Shown here: positions 1-9,590 of the stretch, piece by piece
How the letters are laid out: every line of letters starts with the position of its first letter
Position numbering within the stretch: position 1 is the first letter of the stretch
Assembly (NCBI GenBank): GCA_963761305.1
Contig: CAVXGK010000001.1
Span: 736,001-800,000 of the forward strand
Length of the DNA: 64,000 bases
Direction: 5' to 3'
Source: an uncultured Gemmatimonadaceae bacterium
Lineage (GTDB): Bacteria > Gemmatimonadota > Gemmatimonadetes > Gemmatimonadales > Gemmatimonadaceae
Program-made: the position numbers and the translations under genes
The notes under the pieces: generated by a model
Databases searched by the model: none
What the model was told of the DNA's origin: nothing
What the model saw: only the letters and a program-made list of their open reading frames with translations

Positions 1-1775
1 GTTCACGTTGCACGGCAGGTTGTCGTGGGTGTTCCACTGAACGCGGTCCCCACTCGGATGGTACGCCAGGAACCATTTCATCGCGACAGCCTGCTGATTG
101 GGCTGCGGATTCAATGGCCTCGAGAACGTGACGCGCGCCCAGTACGAGAAGAAGTGCGTGGTCGTGTCGGGAAAATTCGGTACGTCGATGACGTCCCAGG
201 CACGGCCATCCTGCGGGACACCGCTGTTGATCATCCGGAGGAATTTGCCGTTCGGATTCGCGTGCCCGCCACTCATCAAGAGCAGCGAGTCCGGCGCCTC
301 GCTGAAATTGTATTGGCGAAAGTGGATGCCGGTCGCGGCCGAGGTCCACATGGCGTGCGCACTTGTGTAGTGGTCCATCGAGTCTGCATAGATCAGCGCC
401 CCGGTCGTCGTACCGAACGACGGTTCGGACGCGCCAATCGGGGCCGGTGGACGGCTGGCGGTAGCGGCGGCGCGGGGGCAGCGGCGACCGTCAACGATGC
501 CGCCCCGTTGATCCCGTCGATCGTCGCCTGGATCGACGACGTGCCCATCGCTTTCGCCGTGACGACGCCCGAGGATGACACGGATGCAACCGTGGTGTTG
601 GACGGGGTCCACGTGGCGCTCTTTCCACTCAACACGTTGCCCTTCGAGTCCTTCGCCACGGCGTGCGCCTGCGACGTGTTGCCGGCGGCCATGCTGGTGG
701 AGTCCAGCGTCACGGCGACCGTGGCGGTCGTCGCCGCCGGTGGCGGCGGCACGCTCACCGTGAGCGACGCCGAGCCGCTGATACCATCCACAGTCGCCTT
801 GATCGAAACCGAACCCGCTGCCTTTGCCGTCACGAGACCCGTCGTCGACACCGTCGCAACGGACGTATTCGACGCGGTCCACGTGGCGCTCTTTCCAGTG
901 AGCTCGATGCCCTTGGAGTCCATCGGAATTGCGTGCGCCTGCGCGGCGTGCCCCGGGGCCAGGCTGGATGAATCGAAGGTCACGGCAACCGTCGCCGTGG
1001 TCGGCGGCGGAGGTTGTGGCGGTTGCGCTGGTGGGGTCGGGGTCGAAGGAGGGGTTGGATTGGACGGAGGCGGATTCGCGGGCGGGTTCGGCGGCGGATT
1101 CGGGTTCGTCGGCGGCACGGGGTCCGACGGCGACGCCGACGCCGCGGGCATGACGCGCACCAACGCACTGTCGCTCCGGCTGTCGATCGTCAACACGACC
1201 CACGTCGAGCCGAGACCGCGGGACCGAATCAAGCCGGCGGCATCCACCGTCGCGACGCTGTCGTTGCGTGAGGCCCAGTTCACGACGGCGCCAGAGAGAT
1301 TCGTGATCTCATGGCCGTGAGGATCGAACACGCTGTAGGAAAGGCCCATCGCTCCGCCCAGCGCCAGCGGCGTCGTGTCGACCGACAACCGCACGGAATT
1401 CACGGCTGGGCGAACCGTCACGACGCTCGTATCGACATGGCCGTGATTGTGGAACGTGATGCGAGCCGTTCCCGGATTGAGCGCCGAGACAAGACCGCCG
1501 ACCGAGACTGGCGCGATCCACGGATTGTCACTCCACCAAGTAGCCCGCGCCTGCGATGTCGCCGCGCCGAGCTGCTGTCTCTGTCCCACAACCAGCGTCA
1601 TCGTGTGTGGAACGAGGAGGGAACGAACATCATCCTGTGGATCGGCGACGGAGTCGCATCCCACGGCTGCCAGTGCAGCCAACGAGAGCAGACAAACAAC
1701 GCCGAGTCGGCGGGTCGACCGGGGGGCAGTCGTGCGTGACGGCGCAACGTCGCGCCATGGCGCGCAACGGACCAT
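1..1775 (-). CDS. Ig-like (Big_2) repeat surface lipoprotein with C-terminal ConA/lyase-like domain; one frameshift near 450; runs off the window start
   Basis: ORF 393..1832 has a lipobox (LAALAAVGC), four Big_2-type repeats (W.S.N..VA.V...G.V.A...G...I.A) and Pro-rich linkers. After about nt 450 another frame continues stop-free to nt 1 (PPAPIGASEPSFGTTTGALIYADSMDHY...FFSYWARV...MKWFLAYHPSGDRVQWN), and this aligns with the C-terminal domain of the neighbouring paralog. Start codon uncertain. Confidence 0.8.
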
Positions 1776-1962
1776 GAGGATACGCTCCAAGTTGTTGGTT
1801 GAGGGGCCGGTCTTGCCGCGCGACCAGGGCAATCAAACGGTCGCGCGAACTGAGCACAATCCTGCGAGATATCCAACGGCACACGGCGGGCGCCGCTGCG
1901 ACAGCGCCGCGTAGATAGCATCGGACTGAACACCGCGCAGTGTCATCCGTCACATGCGCACG

Positions 1963-2001
1963 AAAAAAAAGGGCCCGCGGCAATGGCAGATCCGCGGGCC
2001 C
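1963..2001 (-). terminator. Rho-independent terminator downstream of the larger Big_2 gene
   Basis: 10-bp stem GGGCCCGCGG (1971-1980) / CCGCGGGCCC (1992-2001) next to A8 on the + strand, which is a U-tract on the - strand. Confidence 0.85.
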
Positions 2002-2102
2002 TTCATTCGTCGGTTTTGGCCGTATGCGTGTTTCTTAATAGCGAACACGACCGGGTGACGGTGGACGGACTTTGACCGCCCAAGGCGCCGAGCGCTCGAG
2101 CA

Positions 2103-5100
2103 TCATTTGAGTGTCCACCATTGGAGGTCGTCGATCGCAATGGTGAACGGAATGTTGCCGTTGGTGAGCGGCCCGCCCCACTCGGGACTCTGAATGCCGT
2201 ACCCCACGGCCAGCGCGTCCACGTCGCCCTGTTGGCACCAGGGCTGGCCCTTCGTCCGCGGCGAATTGGGACTGCCGACGACCACGTCGACCGCGCTCTG
2301 TTCGATGCGGATCACCAATTGCCCGTCGATCCACATGAGCGCCCGCCCATCGCGACAGCCCGCGCAACTGTTCGGCTTCGTGAGGTACGTGAACCGGTGC
2401 CACTGCCCGTTTGCCACGTCGCCGATCGACGGGTGCACGGCCTGCTGGCCATTGCACTGCGTGGCGCCCATGTCGTACACGCCCCAATCGACATACGCCG
2501 GGCCGTACCACGGACAGCCGCCGACGTGGTCGACCAAGTTGAACTGAATCCGGTTGTTGCCCGGATCGTTGTGCCACAGCTCGATCCACTTGATCTTCGC
2601 CGCGACGACGGTATCGGTGATCGGCGGCGCGCCTGGGTCGGCGACGAGGCGACCCCAATGCTGAATGATGGACGTTGCACTGCCCGTGTTCGTCCCGCCC
2701 GTCAACTCGATCCCATGCGACTCCTGAAGCACGCCGTCATAGTGGAACTGGACCGCCTGCCCCGAGTGGCCCGGCACCATGACGACGCCCGCATCGTACC
2801 CCGGCTGTCCGTTGGTGGTGAACGTCGAGCAGTAGTACCACGCGTGGTCAATGATCTGCTGCGCCGGTGTCGCGCTGCCGCACGTCGGGTGCAGCATGGC
2901 GTAGGTGTAGTTATCGAAATTCGTCGCGTAGATCATCGTTCCCGTCGACGCGTCGAAGAACGGTTCCGCGGGCAACCCGGTCTGCGACGGCGGCGGCGCG
3001 GGGGCAGCGGCGACCGTCAACGATGCCGCCCCGTTGATCCCGTCGATCGTCGCCTGGATCGACGACGTGCCGGCGCCTTTCGCCGTCACGACACCCGCCG
3101 TGGCCACCGACGCGACCGTCGTACTTCCTGATGTCCATGTCGCCGTCTTGCCGCTGATCACGTTGCCCTTCGAATCCTTCGCCACCGCGTGCGCCTGCGT
3201 CGTGTGGCCCACCACCATGCTCGCGGAGTCGAGCGTCACGGCGACGGATGCCGTCGTCGCCGGGGGGGGCGGTGACGCGTTGACCGTGAGCGACGCCGAG
3301 CCGTTGACGCCGTCAATGGTCGCTTGAATCGAGACCGTACCCGCCGCCTGCGCCGTCACCAGCCCCGATGACGACACCGAGGCCACCGTTGGATTCGACG
3401 CCGTCCATGTCGCGGTCTTTGCACTCAACACGTTGCCCTGTGCGTCCTTCGCCACGGCGTGCGCTTGCGACGTATGTCCCACCAGCAAGCTCGCGGAGTC
3501 GAGCGTCACGACCACTGAGGCCGTCGTCGGCGGCGGTGGTGCGTTCACGACGAGCGCCGCCGAGCCGTTGATGTTGTCGATGGTTGCTTGAATCGATGCG
3601 GGGCCGGCGGCTTTCGCCGTCACGACACCGCTCGAGGCGACCGACGCGATCGACGGATTCAACGACGACCACGTCACGCTCTTTCCGCTCAGAACGTTGC
3701 CCTGCGCGTCCTTCGCGACCGCGTGTGCCTGCGACGCATGGCCGACGACCATGCTCAGGGAGTCCAGCGTCACGACCACCGATGCGGTCGTCGGCGCCGG
3801 GGGCGGTGCCGGCGACGTGGGTTGCTGCGACGGGGGATCCTGTTGCGGTGCGGCGACGGTAACAGGTGCGTCACCAGTCTGCGACTCGACCGTCGCGCGG
3901 ATCGTCGCCGTGCCGGCGGCAACCGCCGTGACGACACCCGAGATCGAAACCGTCGCGATGTTGGTGTTCAACGACGACCACGCGACGGTGCGGCCATTGA
4001 GGACGTTGCCGATGGCGTCGCGAGCGACCGCGCTCGCCTGCGTCGTCTGACCCGCGGTGAGGCTCACGCTTCCCACGCTCACGGTCACCGAGGCAACCGG
4101 ATCGACGCCGATCGTCAGGGTCGCATCGCCGGTCTTGCCCTCGGACGTCGCGCGAATGATCACCGATCCCGTGCCGACGGCGGTGACCACACCGGCCGCC
4201 GAGACGGAGGCGATCGTGGGATCGAGCGACGACCAGGTCACCGCACGTCCGGTCAGCACGTTGCCGACGGCGTCGGTGAGCGTCGCGGCCGCCTGCGTGG
4301 TCTGTCCCGGAAGCAAGCTTGGCGACGCCAGGCTCACGGTCACCGTCTGCACCGGCGCGGTGCCGACGGTCAACGGCATGCTCGTCGACTTTCCTTCCGA
4401 CGTCGCGATGAGTCTCGCCGAACCAGCGGTGCGACCCGTGACCTTCACGTTGTTCGGGCCCGTCGTGACGACGGTGAACACCGAGCTGTTGCTCGACGTC
4501 CAGACGATGCCACGGCCGGTGAGAACACGTCCGGTCGAATCGGTGGTGGTGGCGCTGGTGTGCACGACCTGGCCGACGGCCAGGGTCGACGTGCTCAGAT
4601 CGATCGAGACGTTTGACACCGGACTCGGGGCGAGTTTCGAGACGCTGATCTTGGCGAACGACGTCTGCCCGCCACTCGTCGCGATGACGTTCGCCGTGCC
4701 CTCGCCGCGCGCCACGACCATTCCCGAGGCGGAGACGTAGGCCACGCTCGTATCCGGCGTCGTCCATTGGACGGGATATCCGGCGAGCGCCGCGTCCGTG
4801 GAGTCGAGCGGCGTGCCGGTCAATTGCGCGGAGGTGCCGACGACGAGGGCGTCGGCACCGGGCGTCATCTCGAGGAAGGACACCGGTGATTCAATAACTG
4901 TGATGACCGAGCTGGCCGCCTTGCCCTCGACCATGCAACTGGCCATCGTCGTCCCACCGCGCTGGCCAATGATGGACCCCGTGGCGTCCACCGCCGCGAC
5001 GCCGGGGTCGGCGATCGACCACGTCTGAGTCGACGAGACGACGACGCCGCGAGAATCCAATGCGAGACATTTGAGCGACGTACTCGCACCACGCAGGACC

Positions 5101-5273
5101 GAGGCGCTCGACGGCGTCACCTGTATGGTGTTCGCCTTGCCGTCGCCGACGCCGGTGACCGAGCCATGGACGGCGGATGCCGTGTCGACGCCGTCAGCAC
5201 ACCCGAGCGCGATCGCGGCCGATAGACCGACGAGCATCACGCCCACCTCATGAGGCCTCTTGAATCGAAGCAT
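2103..5273 (-). CDS. Large Ig-like (Big_2 x8) surface lipoprotein with C-terminal ConA-like/polysaccharide-lyase-like domain
   Basis: Lipobox LSAAIALGC, eight Big_2-like repeats and Pro-rich linkers. The C-terminal domain carries GQWHRFTY...DGRALMWIDGQLV...IDD. ATG at 5273 is preceded by GGGGA; the ORF track starts at 5327. Confidence 0.85.
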   Translation of the reverse strand: MLRFKRPHEVGVMLVGLSAAIALGCADGVDTASAVHGSVTGVGDGKANTIQVTPSSASVLRGASTSLKCLALDSRGVVVSSTQTWSIADPGVAAVDATGSIIGQRGGTTMASCMVEGKAASSVITVIESPVSFLEMTPGADALVVGTSAQLTGTPLDSTDAALAGYPVQWTTPDTSVAYVSASGMVVARGEGTANVIATSGGQTSFAKISVSKLAPSPVSNVSIDLSTSTLAVGQVVHTSATTTDSTGRVLTGRGIVWTSSNSSVFTVVTTGPNNVKVTGRTAGSARLIATSEGKSTSMPLTVGTAPVQTVTVSLASPSLLPGQTTQAAATLTDAVGNVLTGRAVTWSSLDPTIASVSAAGVVTAVGTGSVIIRATSEGKTGDATLTIGVDPVASVTVSVGSVSLTAGQTTQASAVARDAIGNVLNGRTVAWSSLNTNIATVSISGVVTAVAAGTATIRATVESQTGDAPVTVAAPQQDPPSQQPTSPAPPPAPTTASVVVTLDSLSMVVGHASQAHAVAKDAQGNVLSGKSVTWSSLNPSIASVASSGVVTAKAAGPASIQATIDNINGSAALVVNAPPPPTTASVVVTLDSASLLVGHTSQAHAVAKDAQGNVLSAKTATWTASNPTVASVSSSGLVTAQAAGTVSIQATIDGVNGSASLTVNASPPPPATTASVAVTLDSASMVVGHTTQAHAVAKDSKGNVISGKTATWTSGSTTVASVATAGVVTAKGAGTSSIQATIDGINGAASLTVAAAPAPPPSQTGLPAEPFFDASTGTMIYATNFDNYTYAMLHPTCGSATPAQQIIDHAWYYCSTFTTNGQPGYDAGVVMVPGHSGQAVQFHYDGVLQESHGIELTGGTNTGSATSIIQHWGRLVADPGAPPITDTVVAAKIKWIELWHNDPGNNRIQFNLVDHVGGCPWYGPAYVDWGVYDMGATQCNGQQAVHPSIGDVANGQWHRFTYLTKPNSCAGCRDGRALMWIDGQLVIRIEQSAVDVVVGSPNSPRTKGQPWCQQGDVDALAVGYGIQSPEWGGPLTNGNIPFTIAIDDLQWWTLK

Positions 5274-5639
5274 CACGATCCCCGCGATTTGATTGTTCGG
5301 CGGCTCGGCGGGCGTGGCTCGATGCATCGAGCGGTAGCCCCGTAGCTTTGCGTCGCTGGGTTTCCCCAGGTTTGCCTTTGTCGCAGTCAGCTCGGTGGAG
5401 CGTGATTGCGTGCGAGTCGACGGCGTGGGCCGTCAATCCTTCGACGATTGGTGCGAACCGCGGTCACTCGCGTTGCACGACGTCGAGCGTGGCACGTTTT
5501 GCAGCGTCGCCGATCGTTATCTTGAGTCTCGCGTCACGCGCCGATACAGAATGCTACAGTCGGACAATCTGTGACACCGCAATGAATCAGACGCAACACC
5601 CTCCCTGCGTTTTCGAAGAGCCTCCGCGCGCCGATCACC

Positions 5640-6845
5640 ATGCGAATCGTCTTCGCCTGCAGTGAACAACCCTGGGGTCCGCCCTATGGGGGACTGCTTC
5701 GCGACTACCATCTCATCCTCGGCTTGGCGCGCGAGCACGCGGTGACGCTCGTCACCCTTTCGAGAGCGAACATCCCGCGAAGCGCCGGCACCGAGCCCCT
5801 GTTCGACGCGTGCGAGGAGGTGATCGAGATCCCTCATGAGACGTGTGTGTACCGACAGACCCGGAGGTACAACGAGTCGGCCGAAGCGGTCGACCGATTG
5901 ACGGCGCTGGTCTCGTCGCGCATGCCCCGGTCGATTCGCCGCTGGGAATCCCCGGCATTCGTCGACGCGCTCCGCCGGGTCCGCGAATCGCGCAAAGTGG
6001 ACGCGGTGCTCGCGGGGCGCGCGTTCGTCGCCGAGCGCGCGCTGGAGGCGGGGTACGAGCGGGTCCTGGTCGACATGCCAGATCTGGACAGCGCCGCGTT
6101 GCACGCGCTCCTCACGACGCTCGACTGGTACAAGTCCAAGCCGATCGACTGGGCGGAGTTCGCCAAGTTGCGCTACTACGAGCGCCGACTTCCCGAACGG
6201 TTCTGGCGCGTGACGGTGTGCAAGGAAGAGGACCGCGCGTTTCTCGACCCTCGCGCTCGCGGCAACGTGTTCGTCGTTCCCAACGGCACGAGCGTTCATC
6301 CACCGGCGCCCCACGAGACCGAGGTTCCGGGCGAGATGCTGTTCGTGGGCCTGCTGGACTATTACCCCAACATCGACGCGATCAAGTTTTTCCACGACAA
6401 GATTCTGCCCCTCGTCTCGAGCCGCGTCCCGAACGCGCGGTTCCGAATCGTCGGACGCCGGCCCGACCGGGACGTTCTCGCGCTCGACAACGGCGGCAAT
6501 TGCGTCGTGACCGGTCCGGTGGAGGATCTCGCGCCCTACTACGCGCAAGCCTCGCTCGTCGTCGTCCCGATGCGCCTCGGTGCCGGCACGAAGCTCAAGA
6601 CCGTCGAGGCGCTCGCCTACGGCAAAGCGATGGTGACCACGACGTCCGGCGCACAGGGCTTCGACCTTCGCCCCGGAACGGATCTCGAAGTCGCCGACAC
6701 ACCGCAGGCGTTCGCCGACGTCTGCGTGCGACTGCTCGGCGACGCGACGCTGCGCCGGCGGCTCGGCGAGTCGGGACGCGCGCGCACGCTGGAGCGGTAC
6801 TCGTGGCCTTCGGTCGCGTCGGCGGCGCTGGCCGCGTTGGCGTAA
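5640..6845 (+). CDS. Glycosyltransferase family 4 (GT-B)
   Basis: VPNG, LFVGLLDYYPNIDA, VVVPMRLGAGTKLKTVEALAYGKAMV motifs typical of EPS-locus GT4 enzymes. Confidence 0.9.
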   Translation: MRIVFACSEQPWGPPYGGLLRDYHLILGLAREHAVTLVTLSRANIPRSAGTEPLFDACEEVIEIPHETCVYRQTRRYNESAEAVDRLTALVSSRMPRSIRRWESPAFVDALRRVRESRKVDAVLAGRAFVAERALEAGYERVLVDMPDLDSAALHALLTTLDWYKSKPIDWAEFAKLRYYERRLPERFWRVTVCKEEDRAFLDPRARGNVFVVPNGTSVHPPAPHETEVPGEMLFVGLLDYYPNIDAIKFFHDKILPLVSSRVPNARFRIVGRRPDRDVLALDNGGNCVVTGPVEDLAPYYAQASLVVVPMRLGAGTKLKTVEALAYGKAMVTTTSGAQGFDLRPGTDLEVADTPQAFADVCVRLLGDATLRRRLGESGRARTLERYSWPSVASAALAALA

Positions 6846-6872
6846 CGGTGTCGAACGCGGGTCAACCCGCGC

Positions 6873-8114
6873 TCACGCCTTGGTCCACTCGACCGACGGG
6901 CTCACGACGCCCTGCCGCCTGTCTCGCAGAACTTGCTGCAGGCTTCCGGTGTCGTGAATGACGAACGCCATCTCGTTGTCGATCTCGTCGTACACGAGGT
7001 GTCGCGGCGTGTGCGCGGTGATCTTGAGGGTGTACCGGCCCGGCGTGAGGAGACCCTCCGGGAACGCGATCGTATACGCGGCAGTCCCCGGATCGATCGG
7101 GAGATAGGTCCGCAGCGCGTCGGTGTTGCACGTCGTGAACAGCGGCACGCCTTCCTGGTTGGTCACGCGTACCGCGATCTGCGCATTCTCGAAGCGCTTC
7201 GAGACATCGGCGCACAGCTGCAAAACGATCTGATCGTCCAGGTCGAACTCCGCCGACTCGAGGCCGTCGCCGTTGGCCAGGCGTACCGTCTGAAACGTGA
7301 TTCCTTTCCCGGGAGCGGCGTCCTCGGGGCGGCGCCAGCACGCACCGTCGCGACTTCCGCGCGCGATGTAGGCCTGCACCGCCTCGCGTGCCGTTCCATC
7401 ATAGGAGACTTGACCCTGCTGCAGCACGATCCCTCGCGTGCAGAGTGACGTGACCGTGGACAGGTTGTGGCTCACGAAGAGCACCGTCTGGCCCCGGTCG
7501 GCGAGCGATCGGATTTTCGTCAGGCACTTCGTCTGAAACTGAGCGTCGCCGACGGCCAGAACCTCATCGACGATGAGAATCTCCGGCTCGAGATGCGCCG
7601 CCACGGCGAATGCGAGGCGCACGTACATCCCCGACGAATAGCGCTTTACTGGCGTGTCGATGAACTCGCCAATCTCGGAAAAGGCGACGATCTCGTCGAG
7701 CTTGTCGCGGATCTCCGACTTCGTCATCCCGAGGATCGCGCCGTTCAGAAAGGCGTTTTCGCGCCCGGTGAGATCCGGATGGAAACCGGTGCCCACCTCG
7801 AGCAGACTCGCCACGCGCCCACGAAGCGTGACTTCGCCGGACGTCGGCTCCGTGATCCGCGATAGAATCTTGAGCAGCGTGCTCTTGCCCGCCCCGTTGC
7901 GCCCGATGACGCCGACGACGTCTCCGGCCTCGATCTCGAACGACACGTCGCGCAGCGCCCAGAATTCGCTCGTATCGCGCTTCTCGGCGCGTCCGGTCAA
8001 GCGTAGCCACGCTCGTTCTGCGTCGTCGATGAGACGGGTCGCGCCGATGATGCCCAAGCGATAGCGCTTCGAGACGCCGGCCACTTCGATGATCGGCAAC
8101 GTTGAAGTGCTCAT
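6873..8114 (-). CDS. wzt: Polysaccharide ABC transporter ATP-binding protein with Wzt C-terminal domain
   Basis: FWALRDVSF, Walker A GRNGAGKST, YSSGM signature, ILIVDEVLAVGD, plus a C-terminal extension. ATG at 8114 overlaps the wzm stop. Confidence 0.93.
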   Translation of the reverse strand: MSTSTLPIIEVAGVSKRYRLGIIGATRLIDDAERAWLRLTGRAEKRDTSEFWALRDVSFEIEAGDVVGVIGRNGAGKSTLLKILSRITEPTSGEVTLRGRVASLLEVGTGFHPDLTGRENAFLNGAILGMTKSEIRDKLDEIVAFSEIGEFIDTPVKRYSSGMYVRLAFAVAAHLEPEILIVDEVLAVGDAQFQTKCLTKIRSLADRGQTVLFVSHNLSTVTSLCTRGIVLQQGQVSYDGTAREAVQAYIARGSRDGACWRRPEDAAPGKGITFQTVRLANGDGLESAEFDLDDQIVLQLCADVSKRFENAQIAVRVTNQEGVPLFTTCNTDALRTYLPIDPGTAAYTIAFPEGLLTPGRYTLKITAHTPRHLVYDEIDNEMAFVIHDTGSLQQVLRDRRQGVVSPSVEWTKA

Positions 8115-8995
8115 GCCACGTCGACGAACGTTTGTGCCGTGCGGTTGAACAAACGAAGTCCCGACCACAGGGCGGCGAGTGTGAGGCCGACCGACCATGC
8201 CCCGGCGCCCCATGATATCGTGCCAATGCCGATGAGGCACAGTCGCGCGGCTTCGATGACGAACGTCGCGGGGTTCACGGAGATTAGGAGCCGGTACTTG
8301 CCGGACATTTGCGACAGCGGGTACATCACGGCCGACCCGTACATCCAGACCTGTACGATGAGCGCCGACACCTGCTGCAGGTCACGGTACTTCGCGGTCA
8401 GCGCTGCCATCCACAGCCCGAAGCCGAGCGCCATGGCTGCGAGGTGTACCACGACGAGTGGAAAAAGAAGGAGCGTCCACGAGATGTGGAGGTTTTCGCC
8501 CCCGGCCGACCGATAGTGTGCCCACACCACGGTCACAGCAAGGAGCGAGAGCTGAATGCCGAGCGTGATGAGGTTCGAGATCAGCGACGAAATCGGCGCG
8601 AGCAGTCTCGGAAAATAGACTTTGCTGAAAAGCCCCAGGTTGTTGAGAAGGGTATTGGACACCGACGAGAAGTTCGTCGCGAAGTACCCCCAGGAGACCT
8701 GATTGCAAAGAAAGAACACGAACGCGGGCACACCCTCGGTGGACATGCCGGCCACGTGCCCGAAGATCAGCGTGAATACGAGCGCCGGCAGCAGCGGCTG
8801 CACCAGGAACCAGACCGGCCCCAGAATGGTCTGCTTGTACTTTGTCGCGAAGTCGCGCCACACGAACATCGACAGCAGGTCGCGGTGGCGTCGCAGCTCC
8901 TCGAAGTTGACAAGGGCGACCGCGTTGCCAGCCCGAATGCGCGTTTCGATCGCTGGCGGCGCCGCCGGGCGATCCTCCCTCTCATCGGGGCTCAT
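8111..8995 (-). CDS. wzm: Polysaccharide ABC transporter permease
   Basis: RDFATKYKQTILG.W...QP, KVYFPR, YRD, NP motifs; multiple TM segments; adjacent to wzt. Confidence 0.92.
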   Translation of the reverse strand: MSPDEREDRPAAPPAIETRIRAGNAVALVNFEELRRHRDLLSMFVWRDFATKYKQTILGPVWFLVQPLLPALVFTLIFGHVAGMSTEGVPAFVFFLCNQVSWGYFATNFSSVSNTLLNNLGLFSKVYFPRLLAPISSLISNLITLGIQLSLLAVTVVWAHYRSAGGENLHISWTLLLFPLVVVHLAAMALGFGLWMAALTAKYRDLQQVSALIVQVWMYGSAVMYPLSQMSGKYRLLISVNPATFVIEAARLCLIGIGTISWGAGAWSVGLTLAALWSGLRLFNRTAQTFVDVA

Positions 8996-9290
8996 CACTG
9001 CCGCCATTCTGCGTTCAACCCCTCGGGTGGCTAGCGGTTGCATCCAGGAAAGTATCGGCTCGTCCGAGGACGATCCGGCGGTGAAAACCGGTCGGGATGC
9101 ACGACAATCTAGTCCGGACGCTGCGGCCGTTCGTCCGCGCAAGGACCGTTCGGTCTCCGCGGGCTAACATCAACTCGTTCAAGGCAGTTCGATCAATCGG
9201 AGATACTCGTGCGTCGGTCGGATGGGAGCACCGGCCCTCGCGGGACCTGGGCGTGATCTTCGTTGGTGGTGAACGACCTCGCCCCGGAAG

Positions 9291-9306
9291 GCAGGAGTGG
9301 TGCCAA
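9291..9306 (-). promoter_or_regulatory. Possible sigma-54 (-24/-12) promoter upstream of wzm-wzt
   Basis: Minus strand reads TTGGCACCACTCCTGC (GG-N10-GC), about 300 nt upstream of wzm. Confidence 0.35.
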
Positions 9307-9510
9307 CGAGCCGGACAATCCTTACCGCTGACTTACCGCAACACATTGTGGTGCCGACGCGTCGCCCGGAATGCGCCTTTGTTGCTCCCATGCATCGACC
9401 GGCCTGTGACCAAGCGGGCTGCGATTGCTAAGTCCATGATCTGAAAGGGCATCAGTGAGCCTAGTGTAACGGATTGGATAAACTCCGGAAGGGCTCGGAG
9501 GCGCCGGAAG

Positions 9511-9525
9511 TGGCACAGTTGTGGC
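9511..9525 (+). promoter_or_regulatory. Possible sigma-54 (-24/-12) promoter upstream of lipoprotein gene
   Basis: TGGCACAGTTGTGGC (GG-N10-GC), 65 nt upstream of the ATG at 9591. Confidence 0.3.
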
Positions 9526-9590
9526 TGTCCGACGGGCGTTCTCGGATGCCGAGTGACGTACCACACCCGCAATGGGGAGACTGGGTCGCC

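Noticed and set aside
5490..5503. TGGCACGTTTTGCA as a sigma-54 promoter for the GT4 gene
   Set aside because: The GG-to-GC spacing is 8 nt rather than the required 10.
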